This document shows positions 9,869 through 18,905 of a stretch of DNA of 64,000 bases, in pieces (positions within the stretch are counted from its first letter, which is position 1; every line of letters starts with the position of its first letter). Under the pieces are notes generated by a model. That model did no database searches and had not been told where the DNA came from. It saw only the letters and a program-made list of their open reading frames with translations. A program made the translations under genes and the position numbers. Origin of the DNA: an uncultured Clostridia bacterium (GTDB lineage Bacteria > Bacillota > Clostridia > Christensenellales > Aristaeellaceae); contig CAMOYA010000002.1 in assembly GCA_946629635.1 (NCBI GenBank), positions 10,640 through 74,639 of the forward strand, written 5' to 3'.

Positions 9869-10747
9869 GTGGCCAAGAAGAACTCCAATTATAACGGAAA
9901 ATCAGGCGGGGCCGGTTTTCTGATCACGTTGGGTGCCGCCTACCTGCTTTTCCACGGCGTTCCCGGGATCATTCTGGGCGTCATTCTGGGTGCCGGTGTG
10001 GGCTTTGTGGCCAGCGTGGTGGGAAAAAAGCTGGATACCACCACCCATAACCGGCAGGATGTGGAGCGTGAGCGCCAGGAGGAAATGAAGCGTCAGCAGG
10101 AAGCGGAGATGCAGCGCCGCCGGGAAGAGGAAGAGCAGCGCCGCAGGGCGGCAACGGAGGTCCCGCTGACCGGGGATCCCGCCGCTGACACGGTCATCAA
10201 AAAAGGGCTGGAAATGCTCGAAACCATCCGGACGGAGAATGCCGCCATTCCGGATGAAACGCTGTCTGCCCAGATGAACACACTGTCCGAAAAATGTCTT
10301 CAGATATTCAGAACGGTGTCCGCTGCGCCGGCCAAGGCGCCGCAGGTGCGCAAATTCATGAACTACTATCTGCCCACCACCCTCAAGATGCTGGCCAATT
10401 ACCGGACGATGCAGGATCGGGGCGTCTCCTACTACGAGATGAACCAGGCGCGCGAAACGGCGATCCGGGGGATGAACATGGTGCTGACCGCATGCCAGAA
10501 ACAGATCGACAATCTCCATAAGGAGAACATGCTGGATATCTCCACGGATATCGATGTGATGGAACAGATGCTGAAGCGGGACGGATATACGGAAAACGAA
10601 ATTACCGGCAACAAGGGGATGACCACCCAGGCCAGAACCGCTGCGGAGGCTCAGATGCGTGCATCATCCGCCCCGGTGATGGACTTTGCCGCCGCTTCCG
10701 GAGAGGAGGAGCCTTCTTCCTCCGCTTATCATACGCAGCACAACTGA
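9869..10747 (+). CDS. XpaC-like (5-bromo-4-chloroindolyl phosphate hydrolysis family) membrane protein
   Basis: Two N-terminal TM helices, a coiled coil, RKFMNYYLPTT and LDISTDIDVM motifs. Sits directly upstream of a TelA gene, as in xpaC-yaaN. GTG start. Confidence 0.8.
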   Translation: MAKKNSNYNGKSGGAGFLITLGAAYLLFHGVPGIILGVILGAGVGFVASVVGKKLDTTTHNRQDVERERQEEMKRQQEAEMQRRREEEEQRRRAATEVPLTGDPAADTVIKKGLEMLETIRTENAAIPDETLSAQMNTLSEKCLQIFRTVSAAPAKAPQVRKFMNYYLPTTLKMLANYRTMQDRGVSYYEMNQARETAIRGMNMVLTACQKQIDNLHKENMLDISTDIDVMEQMLKRDGYTENEITGNKGMTTQARTAAEAQMRASSAPVMDFAAASGEEEPSSSAYHTQHN

Positions 10748-10783
10748 TCATAATGATCTCATTTTAAAAGGAGGTACGTACCC

Positions 10784-11950
10784 ATGTCTGAATCCAATCC
10801 GATTCTGCAGCTCTCCCCGGCACCTTCCGCACCTGAACCTGAAGCAGCCGCTCCGGCGACTCAGAGTATCCAGGAGACAGCCCCCGCTGCCGCGCCGGAA
10901 ACCGCTGCCCCCACCATTGATGACAGTCAGCTGACCGATGCCGAGCGCAAGGCAATCGATGATTTTATTGCGAAGGTGGACATCACCAATCCCGATCATG
11001 TCCTGCTCTTTGGCGCGGATGCGCAGAAGCGGATCGCTGATTTCTCCCAGACGGCGCTCGATGCCGTAAAGACGCAGGATACCGGCGAGGTCGGCAACAT
11101 GCTGGTCAACCTCGTTTCCGAACTGAAGGGTTTTCAGCGTGACTCCGAGGAGAAGAAAGGCCTGGCCCGGCTCTTCGCCAAGGGAGAGGATCGGATCGAG
11201 CGGATGAAGGCCCGCTACAGCAAGGTGTCCACGAATGTGGAGAATATCGCCGGTTCCCTCGAATCCTATCAGACCCAGCTGCTCAAGGATGTGGCCATGT
11301 TTGACCGCCTCTACGATCAGAACAGCGATTATTTTCATCAGCTGACGCTTTATATTATCGCCGGAGACCGGAAGCTGAAAGAAGTTCGCGAAAACGATCT
11401 GAAGGCGCTTCGGGAAAAAGCCGAGCTGAGCGGCGACGCCATGGATGCCCAGAAGGCCAACGATCTGGCTGCGCAGTGCGACCGCTTTGAAAAGAAGCTG
11501 TATGACCTGAAGCTGACGCGGCAGGTTGCCATCCAGATGGCGCCGCAGATCCGTCTTCTGCAGAACAATGACAGCCTTCTGGTGGAACGGATTCAGTCCA
11601 CCCTGTCCAATACTCTGCCCCTCTGGAAGAGTCAGATGGTTCTGGCTCTCGGTATGCATCATTCCCAGCAGGCGCTTCAGGCGCAGACCGCAGTGACCAA
11701 CATGACCAACGAACTGCTCAAGCAGAACGCTCAGGCCCTGAAAGTCGGAACGATTCAGACCGCCCGGGAAGCCGAGCGCGGCATCGTGGACATTGAAACG
11801 CTGATTCAGACCAATCAGGATCTGATCGATACGATCAACGAAGTCATGGATATCCAGTCCCAGGGGCATGCAAAGCGCCTGGAAGCGGAAAAGACACTGT
11901 ACAATATGGAAGCGGAGCTCAAGAAAAAACTGCTTTCGACCAATTTGTGA
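10784..11950 (+). CDS. Toxic anion resistance protein, TelA/YaaN family
   Basis: FGADAQ, QMAPQIRLLQNND, TLPLWKSQM and ERGIVDIETL motifs. Confidence 0.9.
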   Translation: MSESNPILQLSPAPSAPEPEAAAPATQSIQETAPAAAPETAAPTIDDSQLTDAERKAIDDFIAKVDITNPDHVLLFGADAQKRIADFSQTALDAVKTQDTGEVGNMLVNLVSELKGFQRDSEEKKGLARLFAKGEDRIERMKARYSKVSTNVENIAGSLESYQTQLLKDVAMFDRLYDQNSDYFHQLTLYIIAGDRKLKEVRENDLKALREKAELSGDAMDAQKANDLAAQCDRFEKKLYDLKLTRQVAIQMAPQIRLLQNNDSLLVERIQSTLSNTLPLWKSQMVLALGMHHSQQALQAQTAVTNMTNELLKQNAQALKVGTIQTAREAERGIVDIETLIQTNQDLIDTINEVMDIQSQGHAKRLEAEKTLYNMEAELKKKLLSTNL

Positions 11951-11961
11951 TCAGAAGACGC

Positions 11962-12001
11962 AATCCGGCCCGGCCATCCCTGACGATCGCCGGGCCGATT
12001 T
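11962..12001 (+). terminator. Possible intrinsic terminator after telA
   Basis: 9-bp GC stem CGGCCCGGC/GCCGGGCCG with only a short ATTT tail. Confidence 0.45.
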
Positions 12002-12025
12002 CAGTCGTTGCACGGGAGACATTTC

Positions 12026-13552
12026 ATGCGCATCATTGGATTGACCGGCAGCATTGCCTGCGGTAAATCGACCATCAGCAGCTACCTTTCCGGTCTGGGG
12101 TATCCGATCGTTGACGGAGATCAGATTTCCAGGGAGTTAACCGTACCGGGAAGCCCCTGCATCGAAGAGATCCGCCAGGTATTCGGAGAACGCTTCGTCA
12201 ATGCCAACGGAGCGCTCAACCGGCGCGCGCTGGGCCAGCTGATCTTTCACAACGATGCTGCGCGGCAGCGTCTGGATCAGCTGATGGAGCCCTACCTGCA
12301 ATCCGCAACGGTGGATAAGATCCGTTATCACCGCGCCGGCGGCGCAAAGCTTTGCTTCCTGGATATGCCGCTGCTCTTCGAAAAGGGATATGACCGGCTG
12401 TGCGATACGGTATGGTGCGTCTGGCTGCCGCAGGAACTTCAGCTGGCCCGTCTGATGGAGCGGGATGGATTCAGCCGGGAAGACGCCATGAGCCGGATTC
12501 GCGCCGTCATGACATCGGACGAGAAGGCTTCGCGTTCCGGAAAGGTAATTGACAATTCCGGCACCGTGAAGGAAACGCTCCGGAAGGTGGATGAGCTTCT
12601 CGCGGAAGAAAGCCGGGATCCCGGCGCGCCCTCCAGTGAGCGCTCGCCGGCTCCTTCCCGCTCTTTATCCCCGCAGATTCTCCGTAGTACCGCGGGCTTT
12701 TCAGACGCACCCGTTCAGCGGACGGTCGCGCCGAAGCGGGTTCCTGTGCGTCCGGAAGCGCAAAGCACCCTCACCCCTGCGCAAGCGGGAGATCGCCGAA
12801 AGGCATTTCCGGTCGCGCCTTCGGCACCAGAATCCATGGATCGTCCTCCGGCAGCGCACAAGGGAAAGCAGAAAAGAAATGCGGCATGGATTCTGCCGGT
12901 CTGGCTGAGGACCACGCTGATCGTTCTGTCGTTTCTGACGCTGATTCTCATCACCTGTCAGAGTCTGATGTCCGCCTATCTCCACCGGCAGGAAGAAAAG
13001 CACCGCAGCGAGCAGGCGGCCATCGATGCCGCCTATCCCCTTGCCTATCGGGATCTGATTGAAAAATACGCGGTGCTGTATAATCTTGAGCCGTCTTACA
13101 TCGCCGCGATCATCCTGAATGAAAGCTCCTTCCGACCCGACGCAGTTTCCTCCGTCGGTGCCAGAGGGCTGATGCAGCTGATGCCGGATACCGCTGAATG
13201 GATCGCCGAAAAGCTGAAGATCAACGGTTATTCCTTTGAGCGCATGTATGACCCGGAGTCCAATATACGCTTTGGCTGCTGGTATCTGAACTATCTGAGC
13301 AGCCTGTTCGCCGGAAATCCGGTCTGTGTCACCAGCGCGTATCATGCAGGGCAGGGGCAGGTTGCCGCCTGGCTCTCCAGCCCCTCCGTCAGCTCGGACG
13401 GAAAAACCATTGATCTGGATCATCTCCCGGACGGGCCGACCAAAACGTACGCAGGAAGGGTAACAAGGGACTATGGAATCTATCAGGAAAAGTATTTTAC
13501 ACCCGCTGATGCTGATACTGACAGCGGTGTGGATCCTGCTGCTTCCCTGTAA
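12026..13552 (+). CDS. coaE: Dephospho-CoA kinase fused to a membrane-anchored lytic transglycosylase (SLT domain)
   Basis: N-terminal IIGLTGSIACGKST, LNRRALG and DMPLLFE (CoaE), then a Pro/Ala/Ser linker and one TM helix. C-terminal ILNESSF, GLMQL and SAYHAG (SLT motifs I-III). One uninterrupted ORF. Confidence 0.9.
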   Translation: MRIIGLTGSIACGKSTISSYLSGLGYPIVDGDQISRELTVPGSPCIEEIRQVFGERFVNANGALNRRALGQLIFHNDAARQRLDQLMEPYLQSATVDKIRYHRAGGAKLCFLDMPLLFEKGYDRLCDTVWCVWLPQELQLARLMERDGFSREDAMSRIRAVMTSDEKASRSGKVIDNSGTVKETLRKVDELLAEESRDPGAPSSERSPAPSRSLSPQILRSTAGFSDAPVQRTVAPKRVPVRPEAQSTLTPAQAGDRRKAFPVAPSAPESMDRPPAAHKGKQKRNAAWILPVWLRTTLIVLSFLTLILITCQSLMSAYLHRQEEKHRSEQAAIDAAYPLAYRDLIEKYAVLYNLEPSYIAAIILNESSFRPDAVSSVGARGLMQLMPDTAEWIAEKLKINGYSFERMYDPESNIRFGCWYLNYLSSLFAGNPVCVTSAYHAGQGQVAAWLSSPSVSSDGKTIDLDHLPDGPTKTYAGRVTRDYGIYQEKYFTPADADTDSGVDPAASL

Positions 13553-15053
13553 TCCGGCGGAAGCCACCAATGTCGGAAGCGATCTTGTCGTCGGCATTCA
13601 GTCCTCCAAAACGCTGCTGATCCGTCCTTTTGATCCGCAGGAGAGGGACATGCTGTCCGTTTACAACATCGTATATGAAAGCCTGGTTTCGATCGATGAT
13701 GATTACCTGCCGCAGCCGCTGCTGGCCCAGAGCTGGGAATCCTCATCCAGCGGCGCTCAGTGGACCTTTCATCTGCGGGAGGACGTATCGTTCACGAACG
13801 GACAGATGCTGACCGCCGAGGATGTCGTTGCATCCGCGCAGTATATTCTGGACAGGGCCACCGATGAAAGCATCACGGACCACGGCTTCTACGGAAATCT
13901 CAGATACTTCATCAGTTCGATCCGCGCCGTCGACGAGCATACCGTTGCGATCAAAACCAACCGACAGTGCTTTGGCTTTCTGTACGCGATGACGTTTCCG
14001 ATCGTACCGGCATCCATGGTCGGCTCCGATTCCCCGCCCGGAACCGGACCTTATGCCATTCGGGAGTTCCACGCGGGAGAAAGAATGTGGCTGCGGGCAA
14101 ACGAATCCTGGTGGAAGGCCCAGCCGATGGTACGGGATATCAACTTTTTGTTTCATGATACAGCCGCCGGCGTCATGGAAAGCTATGAATATGCCCGGGT
14201 GGATACGGTATTCACCCGTTCCATCGCCGGCGCACAGTACAAAACAGGCACCAGTTCCCTGGCGATGCGGTACCGCACGAATCAGCTGGAATGTCTTCTG
14301 ATGAACAACCAGGCCACCGAGCTGACCCTCGGCGTGCGGCAGGCGATCCGCTTCCTGATCGACAAAAGCCGGATCATCTCTAATGTTTATTCCGGTCTTG
14401 CGGTGGAAACGAATTTTCCTTTCTATCCCGGCACATGGATGTATAACGAATCACTGGACTCGCTTTTCCGGCGCGATGTGGAAGAGGCCCGGCGCCTTCT
14501 GGCCGAAGAAGGATGGGAAGATTCGGACGAGAACGGCATTCTCGACCGGATGACATCCAGCGGTGAGCTCCGGAACCTTTCGCTGCGGTTCTATTATTAT
14601 GAAGAGCCGGACAACGATGTCCGGTCTGAGGCAGTCACCATCATCACCGATGCGCTCAGCCAGGTCGGAATCAACTGCCGTGTGGAACCGATGACGCTCT
14701 CCGGCGTCTATGACAAGATCCATGCCGGTTCTTTCGATCTCGCCCTGGTGTCCTACGCCATGGATGTCTGTCCCGATCCCGGCTTCCTGCTCATGCCCGG
14801 AAACACCGGCAACTTTGTCCGGTACAAAAGCGAGCGGATGGATCAGCTTTGCAAGGATCTGCGCAAGGAACTCAACTATGAGGGGTACCGCCAGAAGCTG
14901 ATGGAAATACAGAACCGGTTTTACGAGGATTGTCCGTTCGTATGCCTGTACTGGCGGACGGGAAACGTGGTTTCGAGGTATATGTACACTTCATGCAGGG
15001 ACGTTCGTGAATATGAGCTGTTCCGGGGGATTGACCGTTTCGGCGTCCAATAA
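13473..15053 (+). CDS. Peptide ABC transporter substrate-binding protein (family 5, OppA/DppA-like)
   Basis: Signal peptide ending AEA, plus VYESLV, PLLAQSWE, WTFHLREDVSF and GTGPY. Confidence 0.88.
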   Translation: MESIRKSILHPLMLILTAVWILLLPCNPAEATNVGSDLVVGIQSSKTLLIRPFDPQERDMLSVYNIVYESLVSIDDDYLPQPLLAQSWESSSSGAQWTFHLREDVSFTNGQMLTAEDVVASAQYILDRATDESITDHGFYGNLRYFISSIRAVDEHTVAIKTNRQCFGFLYAMTFPIVPASMVGSDSPPGTGPYAIREFHAGERMWLRANESWWKAQPMVRDINFLFHDTAAGVMESYEYARVDTVFTRSIAGAQYKTGTSSLAMRYRTNQLECLLMNNQATELTLGVRQAIRFLIDKSRIISNVYSGLAVETNFPFYPGTWMYNESLDSLFRRDVEEARRLLAEEGWEDSDENGILDRMTSSGELRNLSLRFYYYEEPDNDVRSEAVTIITDALSQVGINCRVEPMTLSGVYDKIHAGSFDLALVSYAMDVCPDPGFLLMPGNTGNFVRYKSERMDQLCKDLRKELNYEGYRQKLMEIQNRFYEDCPFVCLYWRTGNVVSRYMYTSCRDVREYELFRGIDRFGVQ

Positions 15054-15078
15054 AACCATTTGATCAGAGGAGCATAAA

Positions 15079-16020
15079 ATGAACTGGATTGAACTGATTG
15101 TCCATACTACGACAGAAGGCTCGGACTTCGTATCCGATACGCTGATGGAACTGGGTGCAAACGGAACCATGATCGAAGATCGGGCGGACATTCCCGATCC
15201 TTCCCTGCCCCACGGCATATGGGAGATCATTGACCCTTCCCTCCCGGACAGCATGCCGGAGGATGTTCAGATTCACGCATGGTTTGAGCCGGGTGAAACA
15301 TTCATCCGTGCCTTTGAAGAGCTAAGCAGCAGGCTGGACGCCGTCCGCGCATCCCGGCCGGATTACGGAACGCTTGAAACGGATACCCGCTCCGTATCGG
15401 ATGATGAATGGTCGGAGGTCTGGAAGAAGTATTATAAGCCCTTCTATGCAGGAGAGCATCTTGTTATCAAGCCGACCTGGGAACCCTTTACCCCGAAGCC
15501 CGGTGATCGGGTGATCGAGATTGACCCCGGCATGGCCTTCGGAAGCGGCACCCATGAAACGACAGGTATGTGCATTTCCCTGCTGGAGGAAACGATTCAG
15601 GGCGGAGAATCCGTCATCGATGTCGGCACCGGCAGCGGGATCCTGGCCATTGCAGCAGCGATGCGGGGCGCCGGAAGCGTGCTGGCCATCGACATTGATC
15701 CGGATGCGGTCCGCGTTGCCCGGGAAAACGTCTGCCACAATCAGGTGGACCGGATCGTGACCGTGAAGGAAGGAAATCTGCTGCAGAGTACGGACGCGAC
15801 ATGCCAGATCTGCGTCGCCAACATCATCTCCGATATCATCATTTCATTCGCAAAACCTCTTCGCGCCCATATCGAGCCCGGCGGAATCTTCATCTGTTCC
15901 GGCATCGTGGCCCAGCGGGAGGAAGAGGTGCGCAACGCGCTGACTGAAGCCGGATATACCATTCGGCGAACCGACCGGCGCGGAGAATGGGTTGCCTTCC
16001 TTTGCGGGAGGGACAGCTGA
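15079..16020 (+). CDS. prmA: 50S ribosomal protein L11 methyltransferase
   Basis: WKKYYKP, IDPGMAFGSGTHETT and DVGTGSGILAI. Confidence 0.96.
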   Translation: MNWIELIVHTTTEGSDFVSDTLMELGANGTMIEDRADIPDPSLPHGIWEIIDPSLPDSMPEDVQIHAWFEPGETFIRAFEELSSRLDAVRASRPDYGTLETDTRSVSDDEWSEVWKKYYKPFYAGEHLVIKPTWEPFTPKPGDRVIEIDPGMAFGSGTHETTGMCISLLEETIQGGESVIDVGTGSGILAIAAAMRGAGSVLAIDIDPDAVRVARENVCHNQVDRIVTVKEGNLLQSTDATCQICVANIISDIIISFAKPLRAHIEPGGIFICSGIVAQREEEVRNALTEAGYTIRRTDRRGEWVAFLCGRDS

Positions 16021-16757
16021 TGCACCGTTTCTACGCAGACGCGGAAGGCGAAGTCTCCCCGGGCATTTTTCAGCTCTCGAAGGAAGATTCACACCATGCG
16101 CTGAACGTGCTCCGGCTGAAGAAAGCGGATCAGGTTGAGCTGATCACAGACGGTCAGCGGTTCCTTTCCGTCATCCGGGATATCGCCGAAAACGCCGTAT
16201 CGGTTCAGACGCTCTCCCCGCTTCCTTCGACGGAACCCGGACTCCGCATCGTACTGCTGCAGGGACTTCCCAAAGGGGACAAGATGGAATGGATCGTCCA
16301 GAAGGCCGTTGAGCTGGGGGGTTCCGCCATCGTACCGGTCGCCATGACGCGCTGCATCGTTCGGCTGGATCAGCGGGACGGAGAGAAAAAGGCAGAGCGC
16401 TGGCAGAAAATCGCCAGAGAGGCCGGGAAGCAGTCCGGAAGATGCCGGATTCCGGAGGTGCACGCCCCCGTCCGTTTCCATGAGCTGGCCGGCATCACAG
16501 CAGATCTGGACGCCGTGATCGTTCCGTGGGAACTTTCCAGGGATCACGGACCGAAGGCATTCTGTCAGGAACACCCGGATCTTCACTCTCTCGGGATCCT
16601 GATCGGTCCTGAGGGCGGTATTACCGAAGAGGAGATGGAAGCGCTGCGCCGGATGGGATGTGAATCCGTCACACTGGGCAAACGGATTCTGCGGACAGAA
16701 ACCGCCGGAATCGCCGCCATCAGCGCGATCATGGCACTGTACGGGGAGATGGAGTGA
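16020..16757 (+). CDS. rsmE: 16S rRNA m3U1498 methyltransferase
   Basis: MHRFY start (TGATG overlap), KAVELG, EAGKQSGR, IGPEGG and LGKRILRTETA. Confidence 0.95.
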   Translation: MHRFYADAEGEVSPGIFQLSKEDSHHALNVLRLKKADQVELITDGQRFLSVIRDIAENAVSVQTLSPLPSTEPGLRIVLLQGLPKGDKMEWIVQKAVELGGSAIVPVAMTRCIVRLDQRDGEKKAERWQKIAREAGKQSGRCRIPEVHAPVRFHELAGITADLDAVIVPWELSRDHGPKAFCQEHPDLHSLGILIGPEGGITEEEMEALRRMGCESVTLGKRILRTETAGIAAISAIMALYGEME

Positions 16758-18067
16758 TGATGAAGCCAGTCAGAACAATCGCCTTTCATACATTGGGATG
16801 CAAGGTGAATCAGTACGATACCCAGGCAATGGAAGAGCTGCTCAATGCAGCGGGATATCAATCGGTCCCCTTCCCTTCTGACGCGGATGTCTATCTGCTC
16901 AACACCTGCACCGTCACCGGATCCGGAGACAAAAAATCCCTCCAGCTGGCCAGGCGTATCAGGCGGGAGCATCCGGAAAGCAAGCTGATCCTGTGCGGAT
17001 GCATGGCGCAGCTTCAGGGTGCTCAGCTGATGGATACCGGAGCCGATCTGATCATCGGCACCCAGCATCGGGGGGAGATCGTATCCCTGCTGAATCAGGT
17101 TATTTCGGAGGGACGTCCCCTGTGTGCCGTTGAACCGCTGCCGGAAAAAATGATCTTCGAACCGCTGACGATATCCCGTCAGAGTGAGCATACGCGCGCC
17201 GTACTTAAAATCCAGGAAGGCTGCCGAAATCGCTGCTCATACTGTATCATTCCGACCGTCCGCGGCCCGATCCGCTCCCGCTGTCCGGAAGATATCCGCG
17301 CCGAGGCTGAAAGGCTCGCCGAAGCCGGATTCAGGGAAATCGTGCTGACCGGCATTCATCTGTCTTCCTGGGGGCAGGACTTTGGAGATCCCCTGACGCT
17401 GATCGATGCCATCCGTCTTTTGCAGGATCAGGACGGGATTCTGCGGATCCGGCTCGGATCCCTTGAACCGACGATCGCCACGCCGGAATTTGCCTCAGCA
17501 CTCCGCGGGATGAACAAGATCTGCCCGCAGTTTCACCTCGCCCTGCAGTCCGGCAGCGATTCAGTTCTCCGGCGGATGCGAAGACGTTACAACACGGAGA
17601 TGTACCTGGAGGCAGCCGCCAACCTGCGCGCTGTTTTTCCGCACGCCGCCCTGACAACGGATATACTCACGGGATTTCCCGGGGAAACCGTGGAAGAATT
17701 TGAAGAAACGGTGGAAATCATCCGGAAGGTCGGCTTTTCCCGGATCCATGTGTTTCCGTATTCACCCCGTCCGGGTACGCCGGCTTCCGAGATGCCCGGA
17801 CAGCTGACAGATACCGTCAAACAGGACCGATGCCGACGGCTGATCCGCCTGGGGCAGACGATCGCCCGTCAATGGCTCGAGACATGGGTCGGCCGGGAAT
17901 CCGAACTGCTCCCGGAAGAGATGGTGGACGGATGCTGGGAGGGCTATACACCGGAATATATCCGTATCCGGCTTCGCCCGGAAGATGCATGCATCAGCGG
18001 TCACCCCTGCAGGATCCGGATCACGGATATCCGAAACGGATATGCGGATGCGGAAATCATACAATAA
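16757..18067 (+). CDS. mtaB: tRNA t6A37 methylthiotransferase
   Basis: TLGCKVNQY, NTCTVT and radical-SAM CxxxCxxC (QEGCRNRCSYC). Canonical prmA-rsmE-mtaB order. Confidence 0.93.
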   Translation: MMKPVRTIAFHTLGCKVNQYDTQAMEELLNAAGYQSVPFPSDADVYLLNTCTVTGSGDKKSLQLARRIRREHPESKLILCGCMAQLQGAQLMDTGADLIIGTQHRGEIVSLLNQVISEGRPLCAVEPLPEKMIFEPLTISRQSEHTRAVLKIQEGCRNRCSYCIIPTVRGPIRSRCPEDIRAEAERLAEAGFREIVLTGIHLSSWGQDFGDPLTLIDAIRLLQDQDGILRIRLGSLEPTIATPEFASALRGMNKICPQFHLALQSGSDSVLRRMRRRYNTEMYLEAAANLRAVFPHAALTTDILTGFPGETVEEFEETVEIIRKVGFSRIHVFPYSPRPGTPASEMPGQLTDTVKQDRCRRLIRLGQTIARQWLETWVGRESELLPEEMVDGCWEGYTPEYIRIRLRPEDACISGHPCRIRITDIRNGYADAEIIQ

Positions 18068-18084
18068 CAAGGAGGAAACATTGA

Positions 18085-18426
18085 ATGGAAAACTGTCTTT
18101 TTTGCCGCATTGTCAGAGGGGAAATTCCCTCCACCAAAGTGTATGAAAACGATCAGGTGTATGCCTTCCGGGACATCAATCCCCAGGCGCCGGTTCACGT
18201 ACTGGTCATTCCCAAAAAGCATATTTCTTCCATCGACGGGATCGACGAAGCTTCGGATACCGATCTGGCCGCCTGTCTGCGTGCCGTCAGGCATGTCGCT
18301 GCGCAGGAAAAGCTGACGGGTGGATACCGTGTCATATCCAACTGCGGGCCGGACGCCTGCCAGACGGTCCCCCATCTTCACTTTCATGTGCTCGGCGGCG
18401 CCCAGATGACGGAAAAAATGGCCTGA
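18085..18426 (+). CDS. Histidine triad nucleotide-binding protein (HinT-like)
   Basis: CLFC, FRDINPQAPVH and HLHFHVLGG (HIT motif). Confidence 0.93.
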   Translation: MENCLFCRIVRGEIPSTKVYENDQVYAFRDINPQAPVHVLVIPKKHISSIDGIDEASDTDLAACLRAVRHVAAQEKLTGGYRVISNCGPDACQTVPHLHFHVLGGAQMTEKMA

Positions 18427-18462
18427 TATCTCGATTCCTGACAGTCTTGTATAAAAAAAGCA

Positions 18463-18491
18463 TTGACGCAGGCCGTGATTGGCAGTATAAT
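18463..18491 (+). promoter_or_regulatory. sigmaA promoter of rpsU
   Basis: TTGACG-17 nt-TATAAT. Confidence 0.8.
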
Positions 18492-18567
18492 CATGTAGCG
18501 GTTTTGCCGTAGGATGTTTCCGTGCGGCTGCTGTCAACACGTTGTATGAGCGAGGGGAGGGATAACA

Positions 18568-18741
18568 GTGTCCGAGGTACGTCTCCGTGAAAATGAGTCC
18601 CTGGAAAGTGCGCTCAAACGGTTCAAGCGGCAGTGCGCCCGCAGTGGCGTTCTCCAGGAAGTCCGGAAGCGCGAGCATTATGAAAAGCCCAGCGTAAAGC
18701 GTAAGAAAAAGGCTGAAGCCGCCCGCAAGCGCAAGTGGTAA
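18568..18741 (+). CDS. rpsU: 30S ribosomal protein S21
   Basis: Below the ORF-track size cutoff. GTG start after GGGGAGG. Reads [57 protein letters not shown]. Confidence 0.97.
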   Translation: MSEVRLRENESLESALKRFKRQCARSGVLQEVRKREHYEKPSVKRKKKAEAARKRKW

Positions 18742-18755
18742 TTTTTCGCTCAATT

Positions 18756-18786
18756 CCCTTTCCGTTTTTTCGGGAAGGGTTTTTTT
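18756..18786 (+). terminator. Intrinsic terminator after rpsU
   Basis: Stem CCCTTTCCG/CGGGAAGGG followed by a T7 run. Confidence 0.8.
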
Positions 18787-18839
18787 GTTGTTGTTTTGGA
18801 TTCTGCGGTTCGATTTGCATCAATATGCCAAAAATGCGC

Positions 18840-18868
18840 TTGAAATGAAAAATAGCTTTTGCTATAAT
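18840..18868 (+). promoter_or_regulatory. sigmaA promoter of the methyltransferase-rho-ppaC unit
   Basis: TTGAAA-17 nt-TATAAT with extended -10 TG. Confidence 0.75.
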
Positions 18869-18905
18869 GTATTTACGGATCCCACTTCAGCGAAAAGAGG
18901 TTGAT

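Noticed and set aside
9869-11950. xpaC-telA pair as a novel defence or toxin module
   Set aside because: It is a well-known conserved gene pair (xpaC-yaaN type) with ordinary architecture here.
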